The position numbers were made by a program, and so were the translations under genes. Below, piece by piece: positions 25,877 through 35,967 of a stretch of DNA of 39,660 nucleotides. The stretch comes from a virus (taxonomy: Duplodnaviria > Heunggongvirae > Uroviricota > Caudoviricetes). Every line of letters starts with the position of its first letter. Positions within the stretch are counted from its first letter, which is position 1. The notes beneath the pieces are model-generated. The model did not search any database. It worked only from the letters and a program-made list of their open reading frames with translations, and was not told the origin of the DNA. The stretch covers positions 64,001-103,660 of the IMG/VR virus record IMGVR_UViG_3300032250_000070. One strand, given 5' to 3'.

Positions 25877-26128
25877 CTATCTAACTAAATTTCTTATTTT
25901 ATGACCAAGTTCAGCATCATTTGAATAATCTCTAACTAGTTTAGTTATTTCCTTATCCAAGCTCATTAATTTCTGTAAATAGAGCGTGGCATCCATTAAC
26001 TCTTCTTGTAAATGCTTTAGATAGTTATCATGATTATTCTGCTCAAGTGTAGTTCCATACTTATTGATTCCTATCTCACTACGTTGAGCATACTTCTCAA
26101 TAACCTCTAATACTATTTGGTCACTCAT
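25877..26128 (-). CDS. MazG-like nucleotide pyrophosphohydrolase fold protein
   Basis: GINKYGTTL...LQEELMDATLY. Confidence 0.6.
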   Translation of the reverse strand: MSDQIVLEVIEKYAQRSEIGINKYGTTLEQNNHDNYLKHLQEELMDATLYLQKLMSLDKEITKLVRDYSNDAELGHKIRNLVR

Positions 26129-26502
26129 AACTTCTCATTTAAGATTTTAAATGCTTTTTCAATAGCTGCAGTTTCAGCTAGCTTTCTATTGTTTAAATAT
26201 TCAGATGTCTCATAAACTTCTGCTTCTGAGTGTATTTCCCATCTAAAATAACCATCTGATGCTGCTACAGGAGTAGTAATATAAATACCATTTTCATCAA
26301 ATATGTCAAACAAAAATCTAGGATTAGTATCTATAAATGTTGCAACGTATTCACTATCAAACTGTTGTGCTTTGATCATGTCTTTGAACTCTTCTGGGAT
26401 GTCATTTTCTTCTTGTAAAGAATTAATCATCTTTCCATAATAAAACTCCTTAATAGCAACTGCTGCCTTAGGATAGGTTTCTAATAGTTCTGCTCCTTTC
26501 AT
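26125..26502 (-). CDS. Hypothetical protein
   Basis: Coupled ORF in operon. Confidence 0.7.
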   Translation of the reverse strand: MKGAELLETYPKAAVAIKEFYYGKMINSLQEENDIPEEFKDMIKAQQFDSEYVATFIDTNPRFLFDIFDENGIYITTPVAASDGYFRWEIHSEAEVYETSEYLNNRKLAETAAIEKAFKILNEKL

Positions 26503-26705
26503 ATTCTTTGTTTTAATTGTTTACCACTTTCAGCCCACCAGTCTCTCTCGAATCTCCATTCATTAGGTTCTGGATGGTGCTGTTTGTCTTCATCTACTGA
26601 ATCTGCTAAGAGAGCATTCTTTTCACGCTCCATGTCACAGAATTTAATTACATCATCTATACCATATTTGGTAATTAGATGGTTTAAGATATCACTGTTA
26701 TACAT
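26499..26705 (-). CDS. Hypothetical protein
   Basis: Coupled ORF in operon. Confidence 0.65.
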   Translation of the reverse strand: MYNSDILNHLITKYGIDDVIKFCDMEREKNALLADSVDEDKQHHPEPNEWRFERDWWAESGKQLKQRI

Positions 26706-27249
26706 ACTCTTTAATTTTAGTAAGGTCTAATGTTTCAAATTCTTCAAAGAAACCATGCCAAACTTCTAGATCTTCTGGAAGTTGCATTCCTAGTTTATCT
26801 TCCCAAAATTGTACAAGATCTTCTGTCTTATTAAAGACTCTGTATTGCAAAGATATCTCATCTCTACGCATACCATTCTTCTTAATCTGTACAATTTTAG
26901 GGAATATTCCCTGAAAAGCAGGAGAAGTTTTAGAATATTTGCCCTGTTTTATCAATTCTATGTCATTTTTCAGTTTAGAATTGATCTCATAAACAACCAC
27001 TACATAACCATCTTCATAGTCATAATCATCTATGATAGACTTAGTTTTTTCATACTCCTTGTCTAGAAAAGCTTTAAACTTATCTAAGTTAGTTGGCTTA
27101 AAGAGAAGATATACAGCATTTTCATACTGTACATCTCTCATTCCATCTTTTATATATCCATTTACAAATCCATTGTCTATCAACTTATCTCTGCCAATGC
27201 TGAGAGTTGGGACAATGAAAATGCTAGTGATTGTGTGTTTTCTCTCCAT
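26698..27249 (-). CDS. Hypothetical protein
   Basis: 183-aa coupled ORF. Confidence 0.75.
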   Translation of the reverse strand: MERKHTITSIFIVPTLSIGRDKLIDNGFVNGYIKDGMRDVQYENAVYLLFKPTNLDKFKAFLDKEYEKTKSIIDDYDYEDGYVVVVYEINSKLKNDIELIKQGKYSKTSPAFQGIFPKIVQIKKNGMRRDEISLQYRVFNKTEDLVQFWEDKLGMQLPEDLEVWHGFFEEFETLDLTKIKEYV

Positions 27250-28293
27250 TTAGTCTAGGTTTACAATACCATTATTAATATGATTCTCTCTTGAAATGTT
27301 CCACACATCATTATCTAAAGTCCATTTAAGGTCGTTAATGAGTTGTTCAACACCTGGATATTCTCTTCCTTTATATTCAAAACCAGCTATAGCTTTAGCC
27401 ATAGATTCTTTAGTCATTGAATATACTAATGGATTAGCATAGTTTGTACTGTCACAAACAATAAACTTAGGCAAAAGGATTTCATAATCTCCATAGCCAC
27501 ACTCACTAGCCCAAGAGGCTGCAGCTATCCAATACAAATAACCTTGGATGTATGCTCTTCTATACAAATAATACTCACTATAGAAGTTCTCTACAGACCA
27601 TGTACATTTAAGGTCATACACCTGAACAGTCTTTGCTTTGTGATCTACAATCACCTTGTCCATCATAGACTTAAACATGTGACCAAACACTTCATATCCT
27701 TCCACTTGTAACTGATTGAATACAGAATACTGAGTATCATTAACTAAGTTTACAATCTCTGCTGTGACAGAATTAGTTCTTAATTCTAGAACAACTTTCT
27801 CAGCGTTTTCTATTTCTTTAGTAGTCACCACTGTAAGCTTCTTAGATCTCACCTCTCTAATCTCTTTGTAATATATCTCAGCTTCAGATCCTATGAACTT
27901 CTTAAGAACAGCATCTAATGTAATCTTGAAGCCTGCGTCTGCATAAGCATCCTTACACATGTCTTCAAAGCTTCTAGTTACCATACCATCTTCAGTTGTA
28001 GCGTCCACTGTATATTTGTATAAAGCCTCTACAAAGTCCAACATCATAGCTGTTGGTGTAGACATACATGTAGATATGTGGAACTTCTCATCAAATAAAT
28101 GGGGCTCCATCAATAATGTTTCTACAAGTCTACCTGTAGTGGCTGCTTTACTTTCTTCATCTTCAACCACTTGGTTAAGTATATATTTCTTATGGTACTT
28201 TTTCCTATCCATGGAAAAGTCCTTTAAACTAGAACTGCTGTCTAGATAAATTGCTCTATATTGAGCTTCTGTTTTCGTTTCTCCCTGTATCAT
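27250..28293 (-). CDS. PD-(D/E)XK exonuclease (RecB/Cas4-like)
   Basis: LDSSSSLKDF, FKSMMDKVIVD...YDLK, YRRAYIQGYLY. Start at MIQGE (28293). Confidence 0.8.
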   Translation of the reverse strand: MIQGETKTEAQYRAIYLDSSSSLKDFSMDRKKYHKKYILNQVVEDEESKAATTGRLVETLLMEPHLFDEKFHISTCMSTPTAMMLDFVEALYKYTVDATTEDGMVTRSFEDMCKDAYADAGFKITLDAVLKKFIGSEAEIYYKEIREVRSKKLTVVTTKEIENAEKVVLELRTNSVTAEIVNLVNDTQYSVFNQLQVEGYEVFGHMFKSMMDKVIVDHKAKTVQVYDLKCTWSVENFYSEYYLYRRAYIQGYLYWIAAASWASECGYGDYEILLPKFIVCDSTNYANPLVYSMTKESMAKAIAGFEYKGREYPGVEQLINDLKWTLDNDVWNISRENHINNGIVNLD

Positions 28294-28531
28294 GTTTTGC
28301 TTCTTTAAAATCATTAATAATCTGTTCACTCATTCTTCTTACTTCCATAGGTACTTGTTTAAACCACCATCTCACTTCCATTTCATACTCACGTCCTTGC
28401 TCATCCATTCCTCTTGGATTAATAAGCCAAAACATAAAGGTTCTACCATCATATTCAACAGACCCTTCATGCCATAGTTCAGTGAAAGAAGGCTGTCTAT
28501 TAATTGATACTTTTACTTGTTTTTCACTCAT
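28256..28531 (-). CDS. Hypothetical protein
   Basis: 91-aa ORF in operon. Confidence 0.65.
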   Translation of the reverse strand: MSEKQVKVSINRQPSFTELWHEGSVEYDGRTFMFWLINPRGMDEQGREYEMEVRWWFKQVPMEVRRMSEQIINDFKEAKHDTGRNENRSSI

Positions 28532-28775
28532 CTTTTGTAGTTTTAGTAGGTTCCCACGAATAAGTTAATAAATGATATGGCTGTTCACCATACTTTGGCT
28601 TCTCAATATACTGTCTGCTGATACATCTTGTCTTGAGATCTTCTGGTGTAAGTATCATTAGCTTACCTCTGTATTCAACTTCAAAGTTTTCATTCTTTTG
28701 AATACATTCTTTAACCTTGTGATCAATTAAATCTACATACTTTTTATCATGTAGTTTTTGAATTACTCTTTTCAT
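28524..28775 (-). CDS. Hypothetical protein
   Basis: Start likely MKRVIQ (28775). Confidence 0.6.
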   Translation of the reverse strand: MKRVIQKLHDKKYVDLIDHKVKECIQKNENFEVEYRGKLMILTPEDLKTRCISRQYIEKPKYGEQPYHLLTYSWEPTKTTKDE

Positions 28776-29172
28776 TCTTATCTGCTTTTGTTTTCTTGTC
28801 ATGGCATTTCTCACATAAGACCTGTAGATTATCTACTTCACAGAACAACCTTTCTATAAAACTTGGTAGGTCTGCTGAAGAGTTTAAGCTTCCTGCAGGA
28901 TTGATGTGATCAACATTGATCTTCTTTTCTATGAACCAGTTTTTACATACATTGCATTGATACTCATACTTTTGTCTCTTGTTTACACCTTTGTACAGTC
29001 TGCGTGCTGCTAGCTTACATTCTGTAATAGGTTTCCAAAATCTAGACTTTTGTCTAAGAGCACTGCGTATAAAGCTCCAGAATGCTGATTCTGTCATAGT
29101 TCCATGACATCTTGGTTTAACAGCCACTTTTCTAGGTATCTTAGAGATTCTTTTTGTTGCGTTTTTTTTCAT
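28747..29172 (-). CDS. HNH endonuclease
   Basis: CNVC...VDHINP...NLQVLCEKCHDKKT. Confidence 0.85.
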   Translation of the reverse strand: MKKNATKRISKIPRKVAVKPRCHGTMTESAFWSFIRSALRQKSRFWKPITECKLAARRLYKGVNKRQKYEYQCNVCKNWFIEKKINVDHINPAGSLNSSADLPSFIERLFCEVDNLQVLCEKCHDKKTKADKNEKSNSKTT

Positions 29173-29184
29173 AATGTTAAATTA

Positions 29185-29220
29185 AGTCCAGGAGCATTAT
29201 ACCCCTGGACTACAAATTTA
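29185..29220 (-). promoter_or_regulatory. -7 box followed by a leader hairpin
   Basis: TAAATTTG (29220-29213), then AGTCCAGG-N11-CCTGGACT. Confidence 0.5.
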
Positions 29221-30684
29221 ATCAATTTTTACAATTCTTTTAGATATTTCTTGCTTTATTTCATCAAGACTCTTAACAATTGTATAAACTTCTACAGCAG
29301 ATAAAGCAGGTAAGTTGAAGTCATATTTCTTAGCTTCTGCAGTGAATCCTTCCTTAGCTTTCTCAGCTAAGTTTTCTAATTCACGTACAGCATAAGACTC
29401 ATCCAACTCAAGAGTGTCAAAGTCTAGGTCATGTAAGATTTCTGTTGCTTCCTCACGTGGCACAGTCATAATTGGTAAATACTCATAGCATCTACCCTTA
29501 GACTGACCAATACCTACAACCTTCATAGGGTTAATAAGTACAAGCACGCTTGTGTCACCACAGCCCACATAGTGAATCTCATCACTAGTGAAGTGAAGAC
29601 CTTCAGCACCACAGTCGTCAGTATTCCATCTGCATTGCTCCATAGGCATATCTACTGGTCTACCAATTCTGATGTCAAATGTTCTTGTGTGAGCATCTGT
29701 ATATCTATTCTCTGCTCTATTAGGCAAATCAAGATATAACTCAGTTAAGTTACCAATATTCTCACCATAGTCAGACTCATGATATTTTGTCTGTGTACCA
29801 GTACCATTACATTCCCAACAGTCTTCACTGTCATCATAATCATCATCTTCACAAGGAATAGTTCCAGAACCATCACAGCCAGTACATGTCTCTAGCTCAT
29901 CAAATATAGACTTAGGAACCATCTTATATTCACCATTCTGTAAGAACACTAAATAATCATCAGGTTTCTTCTTCCATACAGCTTTCACTTTATTATATGC
30001 ATTGGACACAAAGTCTACAAGTTCTGTACCTCCATGTAATGTCACTACGTTTCTCAAAGCTACAAAGAAGCCCTGCTTAGTGATACTAAAGCTATTCTTC
30101 TTCAAGAAGTTAAATAACTTGTCTGCCACTTCAGCTCTTGGGTTCAAACAACACCACATAAAGAATCTATGCAAAGCATTGAATTCATCATTGTCTGTGC
30201 CACCATGTCTACCTACCACTTCTAAGAACTCTTCCACTAGTAATGGAGGTAAGCTTCTGTTGATACCTTTTAGATACAAAGCATTGTTCTTCATTTCAAA
30301 CTGCTCAAGGGTAGCTAAATACTCAGCACCTCTCTTTACAGCAGCTGCTTTTTCATATGCAACTTCAGCTTTTCTTTTCTCGTCTCTAACCTCTTGTGAA
30401 CTTACAAGATTAATTAGACAAGCTTCTGTTCTACAGTCTCTAGCAGCATTGAAATCATCTGCTGTTGCTGGAGCTTTGGTAATGATGTTACCATCATTCA
30501 TTACAATAGTCAATGTATCATTAACCATTTTAATGTTTAGATAGGGCTTTTGAGAAGGATTATAAGAAGGGGCTACTTGCCCCTCCTCATTATCCAATTC
30601 ATTAAAAGCTTGCTCAATTTTGTTTTCTACTACTTTTTCAATTGTGCGTTCAATAGCACTCTTAAACCATTTTAAGCTTAACAT
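29218..30684 (-). CDS. rIIB-like protein with inserted DnaJ-type zinc-finger motifs
   Basis: LFNFLKKNSFSITKQGFFVALRNV and HTRTFDIRIG.PV.M...C..GLH parallel T4 RIIB motifs; CTGCDGSG and CWECNGTG inserted. Confidence 0.75.
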   Translation of the reverse strand: MLSLKWFKSAIERTIEKVVENKIEQAFNELDNEEGQVAPSYNPSQKPYLNIKMVNDTLTIVMNDGNIITKAPATADDFNAARDCRTEACLINLVSSQEVRDEKRKAEVAYEKAAAVKRGAEYLATLEQFEMKNNALYLKGINRSLPPLLVEEFLEVVGRHGGTDNDEFNALHRFFMWCCLNPRAEVADKLFNFLKKNSFSITKQGFFVALRNVVTLHGGTELVDFVSNAYNKVKAVWKKKPDDYLVFLQNGEYKMVPKSIFDELETCTGCDGSGTIPCEDDDYDDSEDCWECNGTGTQTKYHESDYGENIGNLTELYLDLPNRAENRYTDAHTRTFDIRIGRPVDMPMEQCRWNTDDCGAEGLHFTSDEIHYVGCGDTSVLVLINPMKVVGIGQSKGRCYEYLPIMTVPREEATEILHDLDFDTLELDESYAVRELENLAEKAKEGFTAEAKKYDFNLPALSAVEVYTIVKSLDEIKQEISKRIVKID

Positions 30685-30695
30685 GTTTTGCTTTT

Positions 30696-33050
30696 TTAAA
30701 TTGTTTGTAATTCTTCAATTGTGTCTTGTGTTAATGTCTCCTCTAAAGGAGCATCTTCTGTTAATTTTAGAGTGTAATGCTCTAAGTTAACTCTATGTTT
30801 ATAATACTTAAATAAATCAACAATAGCTGATACCATAGGAGCATTACTTGCACTTGAATAATAGGAGTTCATTTTATCTAGTAATACATTTAAGAAAGGC
30901 AGCTTTGTAAACACTTCATTCACCTGTCTATAGGTTGTATAGATGGGCTCATCAAATAACTTATTTGCTGTAGCGTGTTCTATTATAGCTTTTGCAACAT
31001 CTCTGTCAGCATAGCTTCTATAGTTTTTACTATTATAAGTTTTTAGTTCATGTAACTTATCTGCAAAATCTGTAGATATCTCACTAACTATTTCAAGTCT
31101 TCTAAATGTAGCATCTTGTTTGTCTACAAGCTCATTGATTAAAATCTCTGTAGCTATTGTCTTAAATGGTTTGTTCTTACCTTCCATAAATTTATCTAAT
31201 GTTATCCAGTTATGTAAATCAGCTTTCTGTAAGTTGTCATAGGTTGCTTGGGCTACAAGTACAAAGTTTGCCAAATGACCACCACGTGACCATAGTTTGT
31301 CCATTTGCTTCTTGTCTGCTTCTTTAGCATACACATGTAACTTAGGTAATTTATGAATATCTTCCATCTTAAATGTCATAGGAACAAACTTACAATATTG
31401 ATCAGATAGATTAATATCCATTCTTGTACCCACCTTACCAGAGAACTCACCTTTCATTCTAACCTTCTTAGGACCCTTTACAGCTGCAACTGTTATCTTT
31501 AGTCTCTTAGCTTTCTGAGCATCCTTAAATGATTGTGGAATCTCAATAGCATCTACATCTATAAAGTCTTTAGCATATAGCCCCACTACATATTGGAACT
31601 CTTTAATAACTTCTCTCCATTGAGATTTTGGATACATATTAAGACCTAATACAGAATGATAATACTTAGCATAATCTGATTGACCAGTTTTACTTTTAAG
31701 TTTAAATGGTGACTTCTTAACAAAGTATACTTGCTTATTGTCTGGTAAAAGAGTTCTTAAATAGTCTTGTTTACCTTTAGAAAACTCATTCTCATAAATA
31801 TACACACCACCAAAGTGATAACTTGTAAAGTCTGACATTCTTAAATACTCATGGTAATAGTTTTTCATGTTCTGAAACTTACCACTAGTAAATCTGTATT
31901 TAAACTTGTATTCAGCCAAGATATACTCCTTAGATTTTACAGCAAGTCTTTCTAAGTTCAATAACTTTATGTTATCTAGTTTAGGCTGTGCTACAGATAC
32001 AGTGGAGTGTCGTACAAGATCATCTATACAAACTTCATCGTCTGTACCCTTGTACCAAGACTTAATATACTTGTTGTTTTTGCTATAGAATTGCATAATA
32101 GCTTTGATATCACTTTGTGTAGTGATAGCTTCATTAAACTTGTTCATGAATACATCAGCCACTGTAGCTATCTTCTTAAGAATAGTTTCTTTAGCTTCTT
32201 GTGTATATCTAATAGCTTCTCTGTTTGGTGTAGGGAATAATCCATCACTAAGACTGAATCTCAAAGCCATTTTGATACCTATTCTGTTTATGCCAAGCTT
32301 ATCCCAATCAATAGGATAACTAACATTGTCCAAGCAAAGATGCATGTCACTGTTAGTAGCTAAGCTAGAATATTGGAAATGTTCAGCTCTATGTATTGTA
32401 AAGTCATTGGTAACAGAATAACTGCCCATTGGTTCTACATCAAAATAGACATTCTCAAAATAAGCTAATTGCTCTTTGATTTTGTTAACAAAGTTATATC
32501 TATCAGAGTAGCTCACTGGAACAATCACCTTTACACCATTTGGTTCTGCTGTAGGCTTCTCATACAAAAGGTCAATACTGTTTGTATCTTCTCCTTCGTA
32601 CATCATGTATTTACGTTCCATACCATCTTTTCTAGCTACAAAGTAGAAGCTAGAACTATATGCTAATGGAGCCTTGAAACCAAGACCCATCATGCCCAAT
32701 TCTGTGTTGCTATTACGCTTGGTTGACTTACCATACTTACTGATGATATTTACTACATCATCTGCATCTAAACCAATACCAAAGTCTTCAACAGCAAATT
32801 CATATGTATCTGCCTGATTGTTTCTTTTGAATGAAACAATAATAGGCTTGTCACTTCCAGCTCTTCTGTGACTATCTAATGCATTGGATGCACATTCTCT
32901 GATAGTAGAGCCTATTGAATCTGAATATAGATTCTTACTTAACATCTGCATCAGGACCTGAGCAGAATCTAAGTCTAGTGACATTTTCACAGTTTCCTGT
33001 GTGGTTCCTTCTTGAAGGATGTGTGATTCTGTTTGTTTTTCGAGTATCAT
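30696..33050 (-). CDS. rIIA-like protein (GHKL/Hsp90-type ATPase N-domain)
   Basis: LYSD...IRECASNALDS, VEDFGIGL, YGKSTK, GMMGLGFKAP, NGVKV; adjacent to the rIIB-like gene. Confidence 0.85.
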   Translation of the reverse strand: MILEKQTESHILQEGTTQETVKMSLDLDSAQVLMQMLSKNLYSDSIGSTIRECASNALDSHRRAGSDKPIIVSFKRNNQADTYEFAVEDFGIGLDADDVVNIISKYGKSTKRNSNTELGMMGLGFKAPLAYSSSFYFVARKDGMERKYMMYEGEDTNSIDLLYEKPTAEPNGVKVIVPVSYSDRYNFVNKIKEQLAYFENVYFDVEPMGSYSVTNDFTIHRAEHFQYSSLATNSDMHLCLDNVSYPIDWDKLGINRIGIKMALRFSLSDGLFPTPNREAIRYTQEAKETILKKIATVADVFMNKFNEAITTQSDIKAIMQFYSKNNKYIKSWYKGTDDEVCIDDLVRHSTVSVAQPKLDNIKLLNLERLAVKSKEYILAEYKFKYRFTSGKFQNMKNYYHEYLRMSDFTSYHFGGVYIYENEFSKGKQDYLRTLLPDNKQVYFVKKSPFKLKSKTGQSDYAKYYHSVLGLNMYPKSQWREVIKEFQYVVGLYAKDFIDVDAIEIPQSFKDAQKAKRLKITVAAVKGPKKVRMKGEFSGKVGTRMDINLSDQYCKFVPMTFKMEDIHKLPKLHVYAKEADKKQMDKLWSRGGHLANFVLVAQATYDNLQKADLHNWITLDKFMEGKNKPFKTIATEILINELVDKQDATFRRLEIVSEISTDFADKLHELKTYNSKNYRSYADRDVAKAIIEHATANKLFDEPIYTTYRQVNEVFTKLPFLNVLLDKMNSYYSSASNAPMVSAIVDLFKYYKHRVNLEHYTLKLTEDAPLEETLTQDTIEELQTI

Positions 33051-33054
33051 GTGT

Positions 33055-33411
33055 CTAGTAGTTTACTGTAATGTTGAATTCTTTTAGTATTTCTTTTGCT
33101 TCTAGTAGTGTTTCTATTGTCTTTTGATCTGTAATGTTATCTCTGTTTAATTTCATGATTCTAGTATCTCTTGGTGTATTTAAAAAGTCTTTCCAAAGAT
33201 GTTTAATTGTAAACTGTCCTGCTGCTTCGCCAAGTTTCTTTACTCTTTCTTCATGATTTCTTTTACAATATGCAGGAGTGGTATGTCTATAATATTGAAC
33301 TGTACCACCTAAACCTCTACCAAAATAAATACCAACAGTGAAGTCATTACCATTACTTACTGCTATTAAATCTCCTTTGTGGATGTCTCCACCATGTAAT
33401 ACTGTATACAT
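33055..33411 (-). CDS. Hypothetical protein
   Basis: 118-aa ORF in operon. Confidence 0.65.
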   Translation of the reverse strand: MYTVLHGGDIHKGDLIAVSNGNDFTVGIYFGRGLGGTVQYYRHTTPAYCKRNHEERVKKLGEAAGQFTIKHLWKDFLNTPRDTRIMKLNRDNITDQKTIETLLEAKEILKEFNITVNY

Positions 33412-33421
33412 AATTGTGTTT

Positions 33422-34138
33422 TTAAAATGGTGAATCTAACAACCAATCTATTGATAGGTTATTGTTTTCTTTTAATATTGTATTTACCTTTGTAAATACT
33501 CCTTCTGTGTCCCAATCAGTCTGCTTATAAGAAGCACTGGCTGGATGACTTAGTGTAAAGTTCCATGTGAATGGAGCAATATACTTTTGATATTTAGCTG
33601 CATCCTTACCTAGGAAGATTACAGGTGCTCCTGTTGTTGCCAACACTTCTTCTAACAGATACTTAGTAAATGGTTCCCAAATATCAATATGGGAGCCTGC
33701 TTTATTAATCTCTGTAGTCAAAGCTGCGTTATACATCAACACACCCTGCTTAGCTAGGAATGATACATCTGGTGATCTGTCGCATGTTACACACAAACCA
33801 TCATAAAACTCTTTCTCTACACCATCGTAAAACTTCTGTAGAGAAGGTTGTAATATGCCTGTCGTAGAACAGCCCATCAGAAGACCATCTGCCACATGTT
33901 CTCCATTCTTCATAGAGTGATAAGGGCACATGCCTATCATAATCACCTTCAGCTCATCATAGGGTGTCTCATAAAAGCATCTATAAACATTCTGAGAGAG
34001 AGGAGCAATCTTCTTGCCCCTCTGACTTTCAGATTTGAGATATTTATAGATGTTATCACACGCTTCACTTTCAATGAAAGGTTGCATAAACCTATGCCAA
34101 GAAGGATGAAAGAATTCTTGAAATTTCTCCCAATTCAT
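33422..34138 (-). CDS. ung: Uracil-DNA glycosylase (family 1)
   Basis: VIMIGMCPYH (GQDPYH-like), AKQGVLMYNAALT, SH..IWEPFT, HPAS. Confidence 0.9.
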   Translation of the reverse strand: MNWEKFQEFFHPSWHRFMQPFIESEACDNIYKYLKSESQRGKKIAPLSQNVYRCFYETPYDELKVIMIGMCPYHSMKNGEHVADGLLMGCSTTGILQPSLQKFYDGVEKEFYDGLCVTCDRSPDVSFLAKQGVLMYNAALTTEINKAGSHIDIWEPFTKYLLEEVLATTGAPVIFLGKDAAKYQKYIAPFTWNFTLSHPASASYKQTDWDTEGVFTKVNTILKENNNLSIDWLLDSPF

Positions 34139-34139
34139 A

Positions 34140-34901
34140 TTAAAATATTTCTAATTGACTAAATGTTGCTTCTTGAGCTTCCCATGGTGCTGATTGATTA
34201 TATGTATAATCATTAAAGAACTTATGTGCTTTGATATGACTATCCATCCATAATCCTGGATGAGATTCTTTCATAGCAAATGTTGTATAGTTGTACAACT
34301 CCCATAAGCTATCTTTAGCATTATAATCATGTGTAGGGGCTTTTAATTCTCTACTGATGATGTTTAACTGTGTAGATGTAATGAACTGCTCTTCTAGCAT
34401 CATTCTACCAACTAACTCAGCTTTGGTACGCTTAGTGATTTCTATTTGCTTCATAGACTCTCTTTGCTGTTGCATAAGTGTAAATGCTTCGCCTGCTTGT
34501 GCAATATAGTCTACAATAGCACTTGGTGTAAATGATTGAATCTCACCTACATGCTTCTTTTTGAATGCACCAAAGTCACCTGATACACAACCATTAGAAC
34601 AAACTAATATACGTGTACCAATAGCAAACTTTAATGTAAGCTGTTTGTTGTAGCTATTCTGCCAGCCAATCTGTAATTGCATCTCACTGTCTGCTACGTT
34701 GCTGATAGAGAATCTACCATTAGCAACCTGACCATCCACTGCAGAAGAGTAAGTCTCTTTGTCTAGTGTAAATCCTGCTTTCTCAATACTGTTTAATGTT
34801 AGGTCAATCAATTGTGAATGACTCACTGGTTTATATGTACGTGTTTGTACAGGAACTGCTGTATTCATTATCAGTTCCTTTGTTGTGTTAAAATTATCCA
34901 T
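34140..34901 (-). CDS. DUF932/DUF945-like protein
   Basis: TYKPVSHSQL, NSYNK, ILVCSNG, SLWELYN. Confidence 0.7.
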   Translation of the reverse strand: MDNFNTTKELIMNTAVPVQTRTYKPVSHSQLIDLTLNSIEKAGFTLDKETYSSAVDGQVANGRFSISNVADSEMQLQIGWQNSYNKQLTLKFAIGTRILVCSNGCVSGDFGAFKKKHVGEIQSFTPSAIVDYIAQAGEAFTLMQQQRESMKQIEITKRTKAELVGRMMLEEQFITSTQLNIISRELKAPTHDYNAKDSLWELYNYTTFAMKESHPGLWMDSHIKAHKFFNDYTYNQSAPWEAQEATFSQLEIF

Positions 34902-35905
34902 TATAACAGATTTTTACTTTTTAAATAATCTTCAATAACTTTCAATCCATGGACTTTTGCAAGGTCAGCCCAATCTTTAATGCCTTCTGCTAGATACTGA
35001 CGTGGGACGTTAGTATACTCAAAGTCAAACATCTTTGTAATCTGTACAGAATTCTGTACACCTACGTCATCAGCATCAAAGCTAAGGATCTGTCTGTCAG
35101 AGTTAGCCTTTAGATATTCTACATTCTCATGTGAGAAACATCCAAGTCCTTCATTCTGGACAGCACAGCTGCATGGAAAGATCTTCTTCATCACCATAAA
35201 GTCTTTCTTACTCTTGTTGATGAATGCTACGCTGCAGTTTTTTATATTCTCTTTACCATCCATTGCTGTGATAGGTACGTTGTTAGGCATCCATTTGTGT
35301 TTCTTGTCAGCAAGTGGTCTATAAATCTTCCAATACTGTCCTTCATAGAGATAGCCAAACCTGAGTTCATCTTCTCCTAGTGGGAACCTTTGTTTGTTGA
35401 GATATAGCTCTTTGATAGAATAGATGTTGTTGTCTCTTAGATCCTGGATATCCTGGTGATACTCTGCCCAATAGTCAAGTTCTCTATTAGTAAACTTTCT
35501 AGTCTTCACTTGGATGAGAGAGTATCTCTTCTCTATCTCAGGTTGTTTGTACTCAGATATAATCTTTTTATACTCTCCTGTCATGACACCTGTAGACAGA
35601 CCAAGACCAAAGTCTCTATCTATCATCTTCATAGCATCACTGACACTAGGAAGACTATGTAATGTCTGAACAAAGTTAAAACAATCACCACGCTTACTAG
35701 TATCTGTATAGTCTATAAACATAAGATAGCCCAACTTGTTACCAATCATAAATGATGGATTATTCTCATGTCTGAATGGAGAATAGGTCACCCTATTAAT
35801 CCTCCAGTCTTGATGAGGCATATAATATCTAAATATATCATACTCTGATATCCTGCTAAGAATAGCATCTATAGATATCTTTATTTTTCTTTCTCCACTA
35901 ATCAT
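34901..35905 (-). CDS. DNA primase (Toprim)
   Basis: SPFRHENNPSF, WKIYRP, KSKKD, FDADDVG, KDWAD. Confidence 0.8.
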   Translation of the reverse strand: MISGERKIKISIDAILSRISEYDIFRYYMPHQDWRINRVTYSPFRHENNPSFMIGNKLGYLMFIDYTDTSKRGDCFNFVQTLHSLPSVSDAMKMIDRDFGLGLSTGVMTGEYKKIISEYKQPEIEKRYSLIQVKTRKFTNRELDYWAEYHQDIQDLRDNNIYSIKELYLNKQRFPLGEDELRFGYLYEGQYWKIYRPLADKKHKWMPNNVPITAMDGKENIKNCSVAFINKSKKDFMVMKKIFPCSCAVQNEGLGCFSHENVEYLKANSDRQILSFDADDVGVQNSVQITKMFDFEYTNVPRQYLAEGIKDWADLAKVHGLKVIEDYLKSKNLL

Positions 35906-35920
35906 AATATAGGGTTAATG

Positions 35921-35944
35921 AAAAGGCCCCACAAGTGTGAGGCC
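35921..35944 (-). terminator. Intrinsic terminator between the SSB-like gene and primase
   Basis: On minus: GGCCTCAC-actt-GTGGGGCC-TTTT. Confidence 0.7.
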
Positions 35945-35967
35945 AATTCGTATTTAGAGGGGACACA

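Noticed and set aside
27250-28293. cas4 as evidence for a CRISPR system
   Set aside because: Solo PD-(D/E)XK nucleases are routine in phage replication blocks; no array or other cas genes are present.
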